Shown here: one piece after another, positions 39,801 through 53,917 of the stretch
How the letters are laid out: every line of letters begins with the position of its first letter
Position numbering within the stretch: position 1 is the first letter of the stretch
Source: Balanoglossus misakiensis
Lineage: Eukaryota > Animalia > Hemichordata
DNA length: 64,000 bases
Direction: 5' to 3'
Assembly (NCBI GenBank): GCA_040954595.2
Contig: CM082578.2
Span: forward strand, 8,603,519-8,667,518
Notes under the pieces: generated by a model
What the model was told of the DNA's origin: nothing
Database searches by the model: none
Seen by the model: the letters and a program-made list of their open reading frames with translations, nothing else
Position numbers and translations under genes: made by a program

Positions 39801-41518
39801 TAACTTTCTGCTTAGAAGATTTGTAATGACTGAAGACAATCAAATTCTCTCTCAAGATAGGGAATATCAGCTACAGGTACATGTACCGGGTATGCTGAAA
39901 TGCAGGAGGACTTTTCTATTAAATGTGAGGTTGTTTGTTGTTCTTTATAGAACTAAAGTTGAGTCAGCTAGTGACCACTGCTTCTGGCTCAAGACTGTAG
40001 CCAATTTTCTTTTAATGAAAATGTTAGAATGTTTCCGTATTAATGTACATAAAATTGTCTGTTGCAGTTCTATTATATAAAAAAATCTGCAACACCATCA
40101 ATAATTCAAATAATTTTCTTAAAATGACAGCCAGGCTGATAAGTGATTGCGTCGGTCATCTCCATCATTCAGACACTACACCCCTGATGCCAAAAATACC
40201 TTGTCTGGGGAGAATATGCTTCAAATCCAGACAAGCTCCTTTCAATTCTACTTCTTTCTTCCCATTGCTACTACAGGAATACAAAGCTATTATTGAGTGG
40301 GAAACACTAGACTATTACACTCGTAGCGTGGCATTATTTCAATGCAATGCAATGTATCCTGTGTTTGAGTATCCCGTTGATGGAAGGTCAAGGTGTCAAA
40401 CGCAGCCACTCTGTGCAATTACACCATGCATACTGATGTCTGCCCTAGTGCTGTGGAGACGTCGATGAAACCGTGTATCAACAAGAATTATCTGCGTTTA
40501 TGAATGCAAGTTGCTACACATCTTCTTGTGTGTATATACTCACTGGTAAGGCAGTATAAAGATCTGAGAAAACATATTTGAGATTTGGTGGTCAATTTGA
40601 ACACCATGAAATTATAGGTTTCGAGCATTTAAGTATTTTTGCCAGATTTTCTCGGCGTGCTTTCATGTTCCAGGAGTAAATTTCATTTTTCCCGGCTCTT
40701 TCCAGGAGTGATTTAAAACTCCAGGGTTTTCCAGGTGCGTATATATCTCATCAGGTTTCAAACATCATGTATATACACACGTAGCTACCTCTGATGAGAA
40801 TGTCACCACACAACAAAATCAGGACTGCCACTGATTTGGTCTACCCTGAAACAAAATGTAGCTTGCAGACAGGAACTGCAGAATTGTGAATGCCGAAAAG
40901 TGGATGTGATTGCCAGAAACAAAACGAAGCAGCTCACAAAACAACACGTACTCACAATACATCTACCTCCACAAGCATATCTGAATGATTTTTGGTCGCC
41001 CACATTTTTTGGTTTTACACAGATGTTCGATGGAATATATGTCGTTCATGGTAAATGCACGCACATGGGGCAGGCATTGATTGCATATGCCCACTACATC
41101 ACAACATCAGTTCTTACGTTCAAAGTATCGCATCAAACCACCAAACTATAAATATTATATCAATTGCTACACTTAAAAAGTTACTGCTGTATATCAACTG
41201 CGACACCCAACGTAGTACACATTTGATTGCTACCACAGTCCACCTGACCCAGCCCAGCGTCGTCAAATTGACTGCTACACCCAAAGTATCACATCCACAT
41301 TTATGGTATCAAACACTTAATAATTTCTACACCATAATGCGTAATAGTATGCAAATGCCAAATTTAAATATTCACACTGTTTTCTATTACGTTATAAAAT
41401 ACTCTGTTATTGTGCATTGACTGTTTTACAGATGCTGATACTGATACGCGGCATACAGAAATCATGACTTCACCCCCTAATACAGATGACAGAAAAAAAC
41501 GTTTCAGGCAAGAGTATA

Positions 41519-41714
41519 CTGTAAAACGGGTTATTTTTGCAAGCAATAAATTTTCACAAAATACGCGAGAGCCAAAAAAACGTGAAAACAAAAAGTCGCG
41601 TAAAATGTTTTTCAGAGATAATGATGCAGTTGTGAAATATGAGAACGCGAAAAATTAACCCTCGCATAGCCGTTCCCGCTTTTGATCCTGTCGCGAAAAT
41701 AACCCGTTTTACAG
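41519..41714. mobile_element. TA-flanked MITE, 196 bp (Tc1/mariner-type)
   Basis: 19-bp perfect TIR CTGTAAAACGGGTTATTTT / AAAATAACCCGTTTTACAG, TA on both sides, internal cgcgaaaa subrepeats. Confidence 0.88.
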
Positions 41715-43380
41715 TATATCGTAACTCCAAACTTAGGTGTGTGCCAGACTTCCATTTCACATTGCGACGCACGCGGGGAATACTAATGACGTCGCTCGCA
41801 AGACAACTTTCTTGACGTCGTCGACAAGAAGAATGGCGAGCATTTCCGTCACAATTTTTTATTCCTTCCTGAATTACCTGTAGGTGTCAAAGCCTGTCCT
41901 GAGACCTGGTTTACACTCATGAATAATTCACCTTTATGCCTCGCACAGACAGCAAGTTGAGACAGAGGCTATAAAATGATCCTTGCTAACAGAATTTATT
42001 AGCCTATAAATCCAGTAACTGCTACGGGCTTATCAGTTTAGTTTTTTCATTCTTGCTGTGCGCAACACTGTGGCACACACGCCACACCATTAGCATGGGG
42101 AATGTATCTTTCCACAATTACAATTTACAGCGCTCTCATTGCAACTCTTGCTCCCCTATATTTTACCATCAAATTACAGCTATCAATTCTGTTTTTCCCC
42201 CTTCCAACGCTCCGCACATTTTTGCCACACACGCTCGCAAGCTTTCTTTCTTGGACTTGCATCATGTGTTCAGGAACGAGACACTCTCTGAACAGATACT
42301 CTTTGAAATGATGCGTCGATAAAAGTTGACCTGTTATTCACTTGATAAATGTTGACTTTTCTTCTACTTCTGACAGAAAGACACCAGAGGGATGACGCAT
42401 TCTGGCTTTTGGAAAAAGCACTCCACATACAATGTGAATTTTACTTTATAAAAGTATTGTTTTGCTTTGTTTGAAATCTTTTATTATTAAAAAGTATATT
42501 ATAATTTACATTAGCAGGATTAAACTTTGAAAGACCATTCATAAACATCATTTTGAGAAGGGCTATAAAATCCTTGCTAAAAATATTTCCTGATTACAAT
42601 CACCAACTTTCTTGGTCTTTCAACATATTACTTGCTTTAGTTGTTTTTTTCTCTCACACATACGTATGCACATCTACATCTTAAAATCACAAACAGCCTG
42701 CAAACAAAAGTATAGATTGTAGGTGACTGTCTTGGCCCCTCACGGTTCGCTCTATACCATGATTGCACACACTGTTTGGATGGTGGATATGTTTTCTGAT
42801 CGAATGTACATAAAGTGTATAGATCTCTGTGAGAGTTCACACCATTGGCACCTTCTGGCAGAATACCTTCGATACTCCGATTGATTCAATCAAAACAACA
42901 AGTACCACAAAAAAGAAGTCTGGCAGCATTTCCCACGTGTTCACGTCCTCCGAATGCCTGAAAAAGTACTTGAAGTGTCATCAAGTTATTGCTGTCCACT
43001 AACAGCAGATGGCACGCGGCATACAAAAGATGGTCTCATCAGACCATTGTCAGACCTTTGGTCAATAATATGAACAATATCATGAAAACATACATGTAGA
43101 TACACACTAGTACAGGTATTATAATTTTTCAGGAGTTTAGTCATAACCTTTGACCTGTACAACAATACCCACAATGCATTACTCCAGTGATTAGGAGATA
43201 CATTGAGTGTTACGTACTAATTAAATGATCGCTATTAACAATTACACAATTATACTTTTCTTTTCAAAACTTATACTTACACATTTTTGCATTTATGTAA
43301 ATTTTCTAATCGCAGCTGTATAAGAGAAAAAAGTGACCACAGAGTCTGCGATGAAAAAATAAAAGTCAAACGTGACTTAC

Positions 43381-43620
43381 CTGTCCGTATGTGGGAATGG
43401 GAACATCCCCTGTACAATGTACCGTTCTCCAGCTTTTGTCCTTGACATTGTATGCATAGAGGTTGTGACTACTGGCCTGGCCGAATGGGAAACCCGTGCC
43501 ACCGTAGACTAACATGGTGTTACCACTCAGCAGCATGGACATGGAGGCTAGCTCTTCCGGTGTGTGCCCTGAGGTGTCCAGCTCTGACCACAGACCAGTG
43601 GCAAAATTGTAGCACCAGAG
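43381..43620 (-). CDS. KLHDC10: KLHDC10 coding exon 3 (LWCYNFATGLW...ELASMSMLLSGNTMLVYGGTGFPFG...PTYGQ), 240 nt, phase 0-0
   Basis: Lies within ORF 43366..43701. Acceptor ttttttttccccttctccaaatgcAG, donor CAG|GTAAGT, kelch GG motif. Confidence 0.95.
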
Positions 43621-43828
43621 CTGCATTTGGAGAAGGGGAAAAAAAATGAAAGACGTCACATGGTTATTTATCACAAGTATACTGATCTTGTCACACAGCA
43701 ATCATGTAGGCCCATATCTGGGACATTTTACATGCACCTGATGCATTACATCCTAACTCCAGGTTCAATGTTGCCGAGTAGATCAACAGTGCCACAAGCG
43801 CTATTATTATCATGTACGCTGCTATTAA

Positions 43829-43913
43829 CCCTTTCACCCCCATTTCCCTCTTCAGCAGTCCAACCTTACCACAGAAAACAATGGGTTTGGATTGAACTAT
43901 GGTGGTGAAAGGG
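43829..43913 (-). mobile_element. TTAA-MITE copy D
   Basis: TTAA-CCCTTTCACCCC...GGTGAAAGGG-TTAA. Its reverse complement matches copy A at 73/85 positions without gaps (manual alignment). Confidence 0.87.
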
Positions 43914-46900
43914 TTAAACACTGTGCCGACAATAGGGTAACCCCAGTGTTAGCCAATTTCCACTTCTGTTTCAGCAGCCTGCTCTATTGTTCAGCCCAGT
44001 TATAATTTTAAACTTTCTGAACTCTTTGAAAGGACCTACAATGAACCTACGTCTGTTCAGATGAAAATTTGACATAAAAATCATCCTTTTCCAGAGAATT
44101 AAGTCCATTACTACATGCATACCTGCAGGATACAGCAAGATCTAGGGTTCCTTTTTTTTTCTAAATTCTAACATAAATACAAGGAAACTGTACATTTTCG
44201 AAATCATATAACTTTTTCTAATCAGAAGCACTGATTATTCCTTTGCTAATGAAGCTGTATAAATACAATGCAAAAACTGTATTTCTCTGTTAAAACACCT
44301 TGGTGACTAAATCCAATGCAGCTAAGCTATCAGTAGAAACATTGACATCTCCTGGGCTACCTTTTCTATCTTGACATGTCCTTCCCTGAATATCAGTCAC
44401 TGACCCAGAAAAGACAGAATGACAAATTTTCCTTTTAATTAGCGACTTTCTTTTTAAAATTCCATCAATTTACGAAATGGCCCGGTTCATCCTATCATGT
44501 ATGTTTAATGGCCGCCATTTATGCCATGTTTTTTATTGTATCTTGCGGCTCGACGTGCTGATGTAAATTACAACTGTTGTGACCCGGCTATGCCCCCAGG
44601 ACAAGTGACTCGGCAAATGAGGCTGGTTTATATTACCTGTACATGTTACACTGTGCTTGGCTGTTGTGTACGGGAAAAATATGGAAAACTATAATTTCAT
44701 GTAAACCCAGTGTTACATGTGTATATACATTGTATACACTGTCTGAGTTAACTGTATTTTGTACAATGTTATGAAAAACCCATAGACTCTTTTGGTTAGC
44801 TTTAAACTCTGAAATTTCTGTACAATGTTAGACATACAGTACATGTATTGTAGAATTTGATTGGTTAATGTTTTTTCTCCTTGAGAATTAACATTTTGAC
44901 CTGGCAGAACATTTTTATGAAGTTTGCAATATGTAAGATATTCAAAGGTCATACTGATAGATGGACCAGTTCAGGAAGATTTGTCCATCACGATGAACTG
45001 ACGAGACACAGTGGGAGCACACTGGAGTGACCGTGGTGGGAGCAAACAAATGACCCTGTCAGAGCAGACAACGACTCCATAACCCAACGCATCAGAATAA
45101 AGTACATGGCTGCATGTACTGTAATGAACTATCTTGTGGGTTCTTTGTGCAGTTTGAAGACTAAAGGTCTCATGGCACTGTCCTTGTCAGTGAGGAGCGT
45201 GTGACTGTATCCAGCAGAGAGTGAATTTTGCTGCATCCGAAAACTGTCACTCCATCTGCCACATCCTCTGTGATAACCCTGTCAGTTATTTCAAGTCATG
45301 TAATACCCACGTTGCACCGGCCTTTGTCACCGATTCCGCACAGTCGAATTAGAGGTTGTCATTACAAAAGAAAATACTTTGTGTTTTTTCTGAGTGTGTG
45401 TGTGTGTGTGAACTACTATACTTGACAAATCCGTTATTCTCTCAAAAGCCGAGATTTTGCTGAAACTGTGGCTTTGTGAAATGCGACAAAGTCCACGTCA
45501 ATCTGGATGACATCACTTCACACTTCTCCTCCTTTGTAGAGATTCTCCAAGCAAATAGGCAGAGAGTCTTCCATTGTGTCCCCCTGACTTGTTACCGAGA
45601 TTGAATGGCTGGAAGATTAGCAACTTTAATGGCATTTGTTGCCAGGCAACTGTTGCTTAGAAGTGGAATCCGCACAAAGACGGCCAGTGGCGTCTTAAGA
45701 ACTAAATTTTCGAGATAAGTAACACCTCGCAGAATTTTGTTATGGAACAGTATTTGTGTAATTTTGCCTTCTTTTTTAAAAGTTGAAATTGAATTTTTTT
45801 TAAAATTTGGAAACCTTGCTGATAATATGCTCAAAAGCTTGAACGATGCACTCCTCAGCTTTGTGTCATTTACCCGCGCCGAAGATAAGAAGCAAAGACG
45901 TTTTGACAGTTTATGCTGAATGGGTCGTTGTTCGTGATTCATTCAGTAAAGGACGGGGGGATTTGTTTAAGTTATCAGCATCTCCTGCAAACGGACATTA
46001 CGGTCATTTGCCGAAATGAGAACAGTTACACACAATAGAGATTGATGAAACTTTCACAAATAATTCATCAGGATCGCCTTACATTATTTTTTAATGGGCG
46101 CCGAATTTATAGTGATTTTCATTGTCTTGCCTTAATAGCCCTCAATGTCTTTGGAATGAAGACTGATAGCATTGTTGAGGCCCAAACCCACCCTTTGCCC
46201 AAATTAAGTTGCAAGAACTGAAGCCGAAAATTCATTTTTTTTTTACACTAAGCCAATATTTTTAATGAAAAATGATCTGAGAACTCCAGCACAGGCCAGC
46301 TGGTACTGCTGCTTATAGATCTCGGCAGTTTTCAGGCAATCTTCGACCGATTTGATCTATGAAGATCCTATTAAACATGACAGCCTACGGAATGACGGAT
46401 AACGTTCGTCGTCGTTTAGCGGCTCAACTCTCGTATTTTTTTCAAGCGGAGGTGACTCAACAGGTCCAGACTGACGCAGCGCTGATCGGTGTAAGCTCTG
46501 TGTGGCAGAACGCATATCGGAACTGTCAGCAAATCTGTGCATTGCTCACCCCCCGTCAATCGTGTGGGATCATTTTGAGAACTCAAAAGAAATACACCTT
46601 GCATGGGGTTTAACATCTTCGGTTTTCTTCAGTACGAACAATTCAAGTCTTTCCAGTTGAGTCAACAGGCAGCTATTGTACTGTGAGATTTCAAGATTTT
46701 GCATGATGAGCCATGTTTTTTTTTTTTATTTCACACACACACACACAAATGAGTGGTACATGTACAACAATACGAGCTGATATGACCAAGAGCGTATTGA
46801 GACTGGTTAACTGGATTTTAGTTTTGCGCGTGGGTACAAGATGTTTTCTAATCTTTAATATGGGATGTGCTTTGTATGTTTTTGTCCGGAACCAAAGATG

Positions 46901-48042
46901 TTGTGTAAGAACCAACACGCTAAAAAAAAAAACGACAACTGCTTATTTTTTCCCTAATGTGTCCGTGTAAGTATTCACGTGTCGAGGATGATGGAAACCT
47001 GTTTGTGTGTGCGCAGATAAAATCGGTAGCTGCATGCTTCCTGATCTCATCAGGATCAACCGGCCTTGGAGAGGTGGATGGCACATCACTCATGGGAAAA
47101 ACCAATAATGTATTCAAAAATGAATAAACGCCAAGCACCTGGCGCAGGAGGCTTAAGGGTGAGGATATTAATAATAATCCTCTTATTCTCTACCCATTGT
47201 GACATCAGTTTTTTATGAAAAATTGATAATGAGATCAAACATTTAAAAGCAGAAGACACTTCAAGGCACTATGTGCTGTTTTCGCCTCCTTTTATTCTGA
47301 ACAAAGACGAATCTACAACCTTGAAATGAATTCTTATCTTGGATATTTTTTTTTCATTCAGGGATGAAGACTATGGGAGAGTCATGCTTTTCGAGCTTTC
47401 ACTGAAAGTAAAACATAAAATGATGAATTTTTGATCAAAAAAGGGAGGTTTGGGAAATTAGTTTGGAATAAAAAGAGTATTTTTATGCCCAGTCAATGGT
47501 TCTGCAAAATCTACTGGGACTGCTACAGTATTTCTCTGATAAAACTTTGTCAAATGTAACACAGACAACATACAGCACATTCATCATCATTTCAGGCCGT
47601 ACTGACGCATAGCAAAAATTGACGTCTGTGAGAATGGTCTCTACAGAACTGAGAAAAAACCCCAAAAGGTCAGACCAGAATTTTATGATTGTACACAGTG
47701 AATCATTTATAGGCAATCAGAGCTTTTAATGACAGAGGTTTGAATCACTATTTTATGATTTGTTATTTTGGTTGCATAAAGCAACGATAACGCTTTCCTT
47801 CAAAAGTGTTGTTCACACTACATACATTACAAACCGTCTAGGCCCTGGCAACAGCTAAAAAAAATCCTCCTCTGGGGGCTACATCTGGTTTGCGTTCACA
47901 CTCACAACATTTGAAGTCGTTGACCGACTCAGAGCTGGCGTAACTACCTGGAAATGTGTCTTCTCTATTTCCCAAATCAACCAATTCAACATCTTTGACA
48001 GGGACCAGGCCGGTTTAATCAGTAAAAACCAAGCTGGCTTAA

Positions 48043-48220
48043 CCCAGTTTCACTCCCAGTTCCCTCTTTAGAGGTCCGACCGTACCATAGAAATGGATGG
48101 ATTTGGACTGAACAATGGAGGTGAAAGGGTTATAACCCTCTCACCACCATGCTTTGGACCAAATCTGTTGTTATCCTTGGTACAGTTGGACCTCTATAGG
48201 GTGCACTGTGGGTGAAAGGG
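48043..48220. mobile_element. Two adjacent TTAA-MITE copies (48043-48129 minus, 48136-48220 plus) in inverted arrangement
   Basis: TTAA at 48039 and 48221, TTATAA junction at 48130-48135. Both copies carry the family core in opposite orientations. Confidence 0.8.
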
Positions 48221-51200
48221 TTAAATTTCAGACTTGACCCACTGAAAACCCCTCCATACAGCAACTAAACTAGTCCTTTTCTGGTCCAACATAGTGTGTT
48301 CTATTGGTTATTTTGAACTGACGGACTTAAAAACCCCACACAAGGCCGACATAAACTGTCTAATGTGATCTGCACTGAGTATTAAAACACTATTGATGTT
48401 AATGGTTAGATTTATACAACCACCTGTTACAAAACGCTTTTGATTCTCTGGGATTGCCACTAAACCAGGTTAGCACTATTATTATAAATAAGACTTTAGG
48501 TCGGGCGATTAAAATACAAAAGAGGACAAAAAAAACACTACATACAAAAAGACAAATGTCAAATTTTACAAATCAGTCGCATTAAAACATGACAAAATAC
48601 TACATCGAATAAAACTCACTCAACGGTACAAAAGAGATCACCAGGGACATTGAGGACCAGAGCAACAGCAGACTTGCTTTCAACAGTTACACGCGACGCA
48701 TATATCAGTTCAAACCGCTGAACTGGCAGAACAAGTCTAGACCGTTTGGAGGAGGCCTGAGCACCCTCGCACGCTTTTCACCCAAACACTGTAAAGCCAT
48801 CTACAGTACATTGCACCTGATCAATTGAGTCTGAGCGCACTGTGTGCGACACTGCGCAAATTGGTATCATACGCGTAAAGTCAAAAGTCGGTTGTAAATT
48901 TCTTTTCAAGAGCAACACACAGTTAATAGCGTCTGAGAACAACCCCCACAGCAAAACACGATATCTTGGGCGAGTGCCCACTTCTCAGTTGTCCACATGC
49001 AAATCTGCATCGACAGGAATGCAGAGGTCTGAAATCGATGAACCTGCCCCATTGACGACAGAGTTCATAGATTATCGGTCCCCTCCAAGGGCCGTTCTAC
49101 GCCTCGACATTGTCTCTCAGTACCGTCGAAAGCAATGCATATTATTAACCATTCATTGTCAGGTGTGCCACATTCTGTTAGCATTAAATTTGCATCAAGT
49201 CAGAGAGTCCAACTTCATTAATATTTTAATTGCTCGATGTCAGAACGACCTTGACTTCCTCAGACAACACGAAAACCTTGACCAACCCCACCCGACCCCC
49301 CACATGCCAAAGCTGGTCAACTAGCTTCTTTCCAACAATACAAAGTTAAATTACGAATAGCAACAGTGCGAGGTATTGAAATCTTTCCCTCTGCAGTCAA
49401 GAACTTTGACATCTAATATATGGGTTAGTGACAGTAAGTTCATGACTATAAACCTGGCATTTTAAAAATTCAGTGTCGCTGCAAATGGGAAGAGGGGAAA
49501 TTAAAAATACATTCTGTCAAATTGGTAAATGGTTCAACAAAAGTGATCTTCCAGCCTTTTGTTGTCGTACATTTTTGCTAAATTGATCAATTTAGAAAGA
49601 TCTTTTGCAACATAACGAAGCTACAATAATGTAAATCATTTCCCATCTTATATATGTCACAACCTACATGTACGTGTATGAAAATACTGACTTCATAGTT
49701 TGACCGGGAAATCTTGACAACACAAGAAAACCTTTCTGCCGATGTTAATACTCAGAAGCACAATGATTCATTCTGTTTTTGTAACCTTGCTGCAAGGGAT
49801 CTGTTTCTGCGAATGTTGTTCGATGACGTCTTCACACCACAGCAAATCACGATTAGCAGTTGATTTCTCCTTGACATTTCCAAGGTGTGATATTCGTGCA
49901 TGTCAAACAGACTTTGTGGGGGCAACCCATTTATACCCACAAACTGGGACATAAATTATGGGAGTTTTGTGAAGCAGCAAACAGGAAGGTATTGTACTGA
50001 CCACTAATGACCCGTGAAAAAAAAACAGACCCTGGACCAAGAGTCGTCCAGCCTATGCTAGCTGTCACATATGACCGCACACACAGTGACAGGTTCACAC
50101 TAGATATTCTACAGTTTAAAAAAATCATATAATTTTTTTTAATACCACTTGATTGATACCAATAACAACTCCACCTTTGTAGAAAGTAAGCTAAAAAAAT
50201 TTAGCTCATTGGGAACATTTTCACATCGGCTAACAAGATGTCGTTCACTTTTTTTTTTTGCAAATCCAACCTAGCCACAAAGTCTGCATTTTGCTTTTAC
50301 TTCTACTAAGAAGTTTGATCATTGAGTTTTGTGAAAGTGCAATGATCGACAATCCCACTATCTGACGTTTCAAACAAAGAAACCAAGAGTGTTGCCACAC
50401 AGTACATGTACGAGCTAACTACAATCAGGCTACAGTTGTAAGCCCAGTAATTGGCCAACAGTGATTCAAGATGGTACACTACACCTCGCAAACAAACAAC
50501 ATGGCCGCAAGTGTCATGCAGTCATGCTCGGCTTGCCACGACAACACAAACAGTAAAAGACAGCCTGACTGACACAGCTTTAAGCCGTCAGCCTGTACAC
50601 GTCAACTTGTGACCCAAATACAAAGTCAATTCTGATATACATGTAAACTCCTTAGCATCCAGGGAGGTGTTCAAAAGAAGAGTTGAACAGAAGTTTGTGA
50701 AGTGAGATTAAGGAACCAAATCCGTTTGAATACCGCGATGTTCGTCTTTAGAATCAGACATTGGCTGATCAAAGTGTATCGCAGCTACAACTGTGCCTCA
50801 ATCTTGATGTAAACGTCTATGATAGTGTGTGCCATTAGTATCATTTAAAGGGGGCAATTTGCAAATCAGATCTGAGCATTTGTTTCCCAATAAACAGTTA
50901 AATATACAGACAAGGTATTATTGCTTATATGGGCCTTTAATAACACACAAAACTAGATTTTGTGGGTGTGTGACTTTATTAACACAGAATACAAATGTAC
51001 TTCAAAAGGTATAAAAATCAATAATTTAATCGCGCATTATGATTTATGATTTTGATGATTTTTTTTTTAATTTGCTCAGTAGCTAATAGCAAATTACAGG
51101 GCTGATATTCTTTATGGGCCAAGTCTCCAATGAAGCACATGGGTTTTATACAAGTAACAGCTCTAATTGGACCATTTCTATCCAATTATGTGAGTACATG

Positions 51201-51984
51201 GGGGAAAGCCAATTACCGGTTTTGTCGGCCAAATTGGGGCTTTACCACTGCCTGCTCCCATTATTCCCTAATCGTCCGCTTATTGTATTCCTGGCTATCA
51301 TTAGCTGAATATACCTGTATAGACGGGAGGGAACATAATCTTCAACGCATCGCCAACAATCAGAACTCTACTGAATAGAGATGTTTAGCTTAAACGCCGA
51401 ATGTAGAAATCTGTTGTTGGCACGGGAACCGTTACATTCTGTCGAAACACCGTGTATTTGTGCACGTATATGTACTGCGGTGCATTATGACAAAACTAGC
51501 CCTTAGTACCGGACTGTGGATACGCAACTGCTTTGGTGCATAACAGATATTGCTGACTGCAGCTCTAAAATGTGAAACTGACACTGTTGACTGTGGAAAT
51601 GACCTTGTCATTATGACATCACATGCAAATCAGAGACAATTTTGTGAATGGGACAATGAAAACTGGATTTAGAGACACTGGGCTCCCGTTTGACTACCAA
51701 TGGTACATGTACATACATGTATATGCCCATACTGATCAACTGCCAACATCAAAGCAGCTGTACTGGGGATGTCGATTCTTGGAACTCGTTAAACCAAATT
51801 GCAAAGTAATTGGATAATCAGTTTCTGAGAAATAAATACATGTCCATTGTATTTTGACCAAATAATGTCACAAATTATCTCACAAATACAATATTTGCAA
51901 TTTTGATAATCATTTGAACACATGATGAGATCATCACCACTAGGACCCAGCAAAAGCAATTCAGAGCAAGAAGACCAATTATCC

Positions 51985-52147
51985 TTGAATGGCTCAAAAT
52001 ACTGACAAACTGAATTGATAGCATGAAGGATGGTCTATGCCATGCACGTCTGAGTGATATGGCTCCAGACAGACAGACGGATGAATGCACGGACGGAGCC
52101 CAATCCATAGGTCCCCTTGGACTACTTCTGCGGGAACTAAAAAAAAA
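51985..52147 (+). mobile_element. Possible Helentron/HINE-like interspersed repeat end
   Basis: (GACA/GACG)-type microsatellite followed by an imperfect GTCCCC..GGGAAC stem-loop and an A-run, the layout of DINE-1/HINE-type elements. Similar fragments lie near 16200-16300 and 57560-57660. Confidence 0.4.
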
Positions 52148-53917
52148 TCGCCAGCTAGCAGTATCACAGGATCATATAGTGAAACAGATCCATGGTACAC
52201 TGTAAACTGTTATGCACGCAGCTCAGATTCAGAAGGAACCCACCAAATGATATCGTAGGCCACCAGGGGTCAGAGCAGAGAGTGTTATGAAATGGTTTCA
52301 GATGTGCTCGGTCTCGTCGCATGAAAAACATGCATTAGAAACCACCACCCAAAAAATGTACGTATCTACTACAGTGCAAACTGAAGTCTGAATGAAATTG
52401 GTTCAAGTATGTCTGAGTGAGGTTTAAAGCTTCACAAACATGAAATGATGTCTGTCTGGTAGCCAACTTGGATCATATTGCAAAACAAAACGATGTGTAT
52501 ACATGTATGAGATACAATGTACATCATTGCACATTATTTTGACCATTTCGATTTCGCAAAGTTCATGCATGCCACCTCACTGTTATCGAACCAAATTTAT
52601 TTTAAAATTCCATGCACAAGTTTGAGTAAAGCAATTAATAAAATGACAGTTTTATTGTTTTATAAGCAATTTTTAAACATATTTTTACCACACAGCACGC
52701 ACGTCCCAAATATTTGAAGAAAGAAAACCTCTTGTATTTCACATTACAAGCACACACTCAAGGATGGGAAACATCATTTCCTCCACACACACAAAAAACA
52801 TATTCCAGAAAAAAACAGAGGATGCGCAAGAGGCAGTCTGGAGTTTCATCGACAAAAATTAAAGGAAGCGTTTGACTCATGCTCCTTCCGTTTAATTCAA
52901 GCGAATTCTAAAATTTCTATGGATTTATTGAACGCACCGAACATGTGCATGCCTGCTACGCTTTTGGATGATACCATTTCAAATATTTATGACCACCTTT
53001 TATCGCTTGCCAAGGCACATTTTATTGAACCAAAATGAGACTAAAAGAAGCCCATCTTTGCGTGGAACACGTTCAGCAGACACAAGAAACAATAATTCCG
53101 GCAGTGGACATATACCTCAAGTGTTGATCTTGTTTAACACCATGAAAGTCTTATTGTAACCCGTCAGCAGATGTTACAGAAATAAAACGCATATACCGTC
53201 GTTGTTCCATTATAGTCCTGTGCTCAATCATATAAAGACTCTCATGGAAGGATTGATTTGTACACAAGTCTATAGCAGGAAAATGTTTGAAGCAGAAGAT
53301 AATTCTCATAGCAGAATTCTCAAGCGACAGTCATTCAGCGTAGATTTTCAGGACGGGAAAACAATTATTCAACTGTGATGCTGTTTCTGAGAACCACGCG
53401 GTTAGAAACGATTGCTGTTTCAAGACTTCATTTCCGAACTGGCGAATGCTGGAAGCAGTCCCACGAATCACCTCTGATTGCTTCAGAGTGCACAGAACTA
53501 TAGACCTCTAATCAGAAGGAATTGTGCCAATAGACATGTTCGGCTGATGAGTTTTATTGTGGGTTTGTCAAGAGTGGATACAATAGAATGCGGTGGGTCC
53601 ATCTTCACCCGACCAGCCTTCAATACACCTTCAAACCATCATCTCTCTTTATTGAGTTTAAAACCAACTGGTAATGCCATCAAAGGAGTTTCACTCGACT
53701 GGGCTGTTAAAATTTCTCATACAAGAAAAACACTTCAGGGCATTTCACTAGTATTTCAAGATATAGAATGAGCCTAAAAATATGACAGACGTTGTCAATT
53801 TTTGCCGTTTCTCTTAATTTTTACAATATAGTGGGCAACACTTTTTTACCTTATAAATGTATTATTTGAATGTATCATTCTCTTGAGAAAGAATCATATT
53901 CTGCAGCAACTCTTTAA

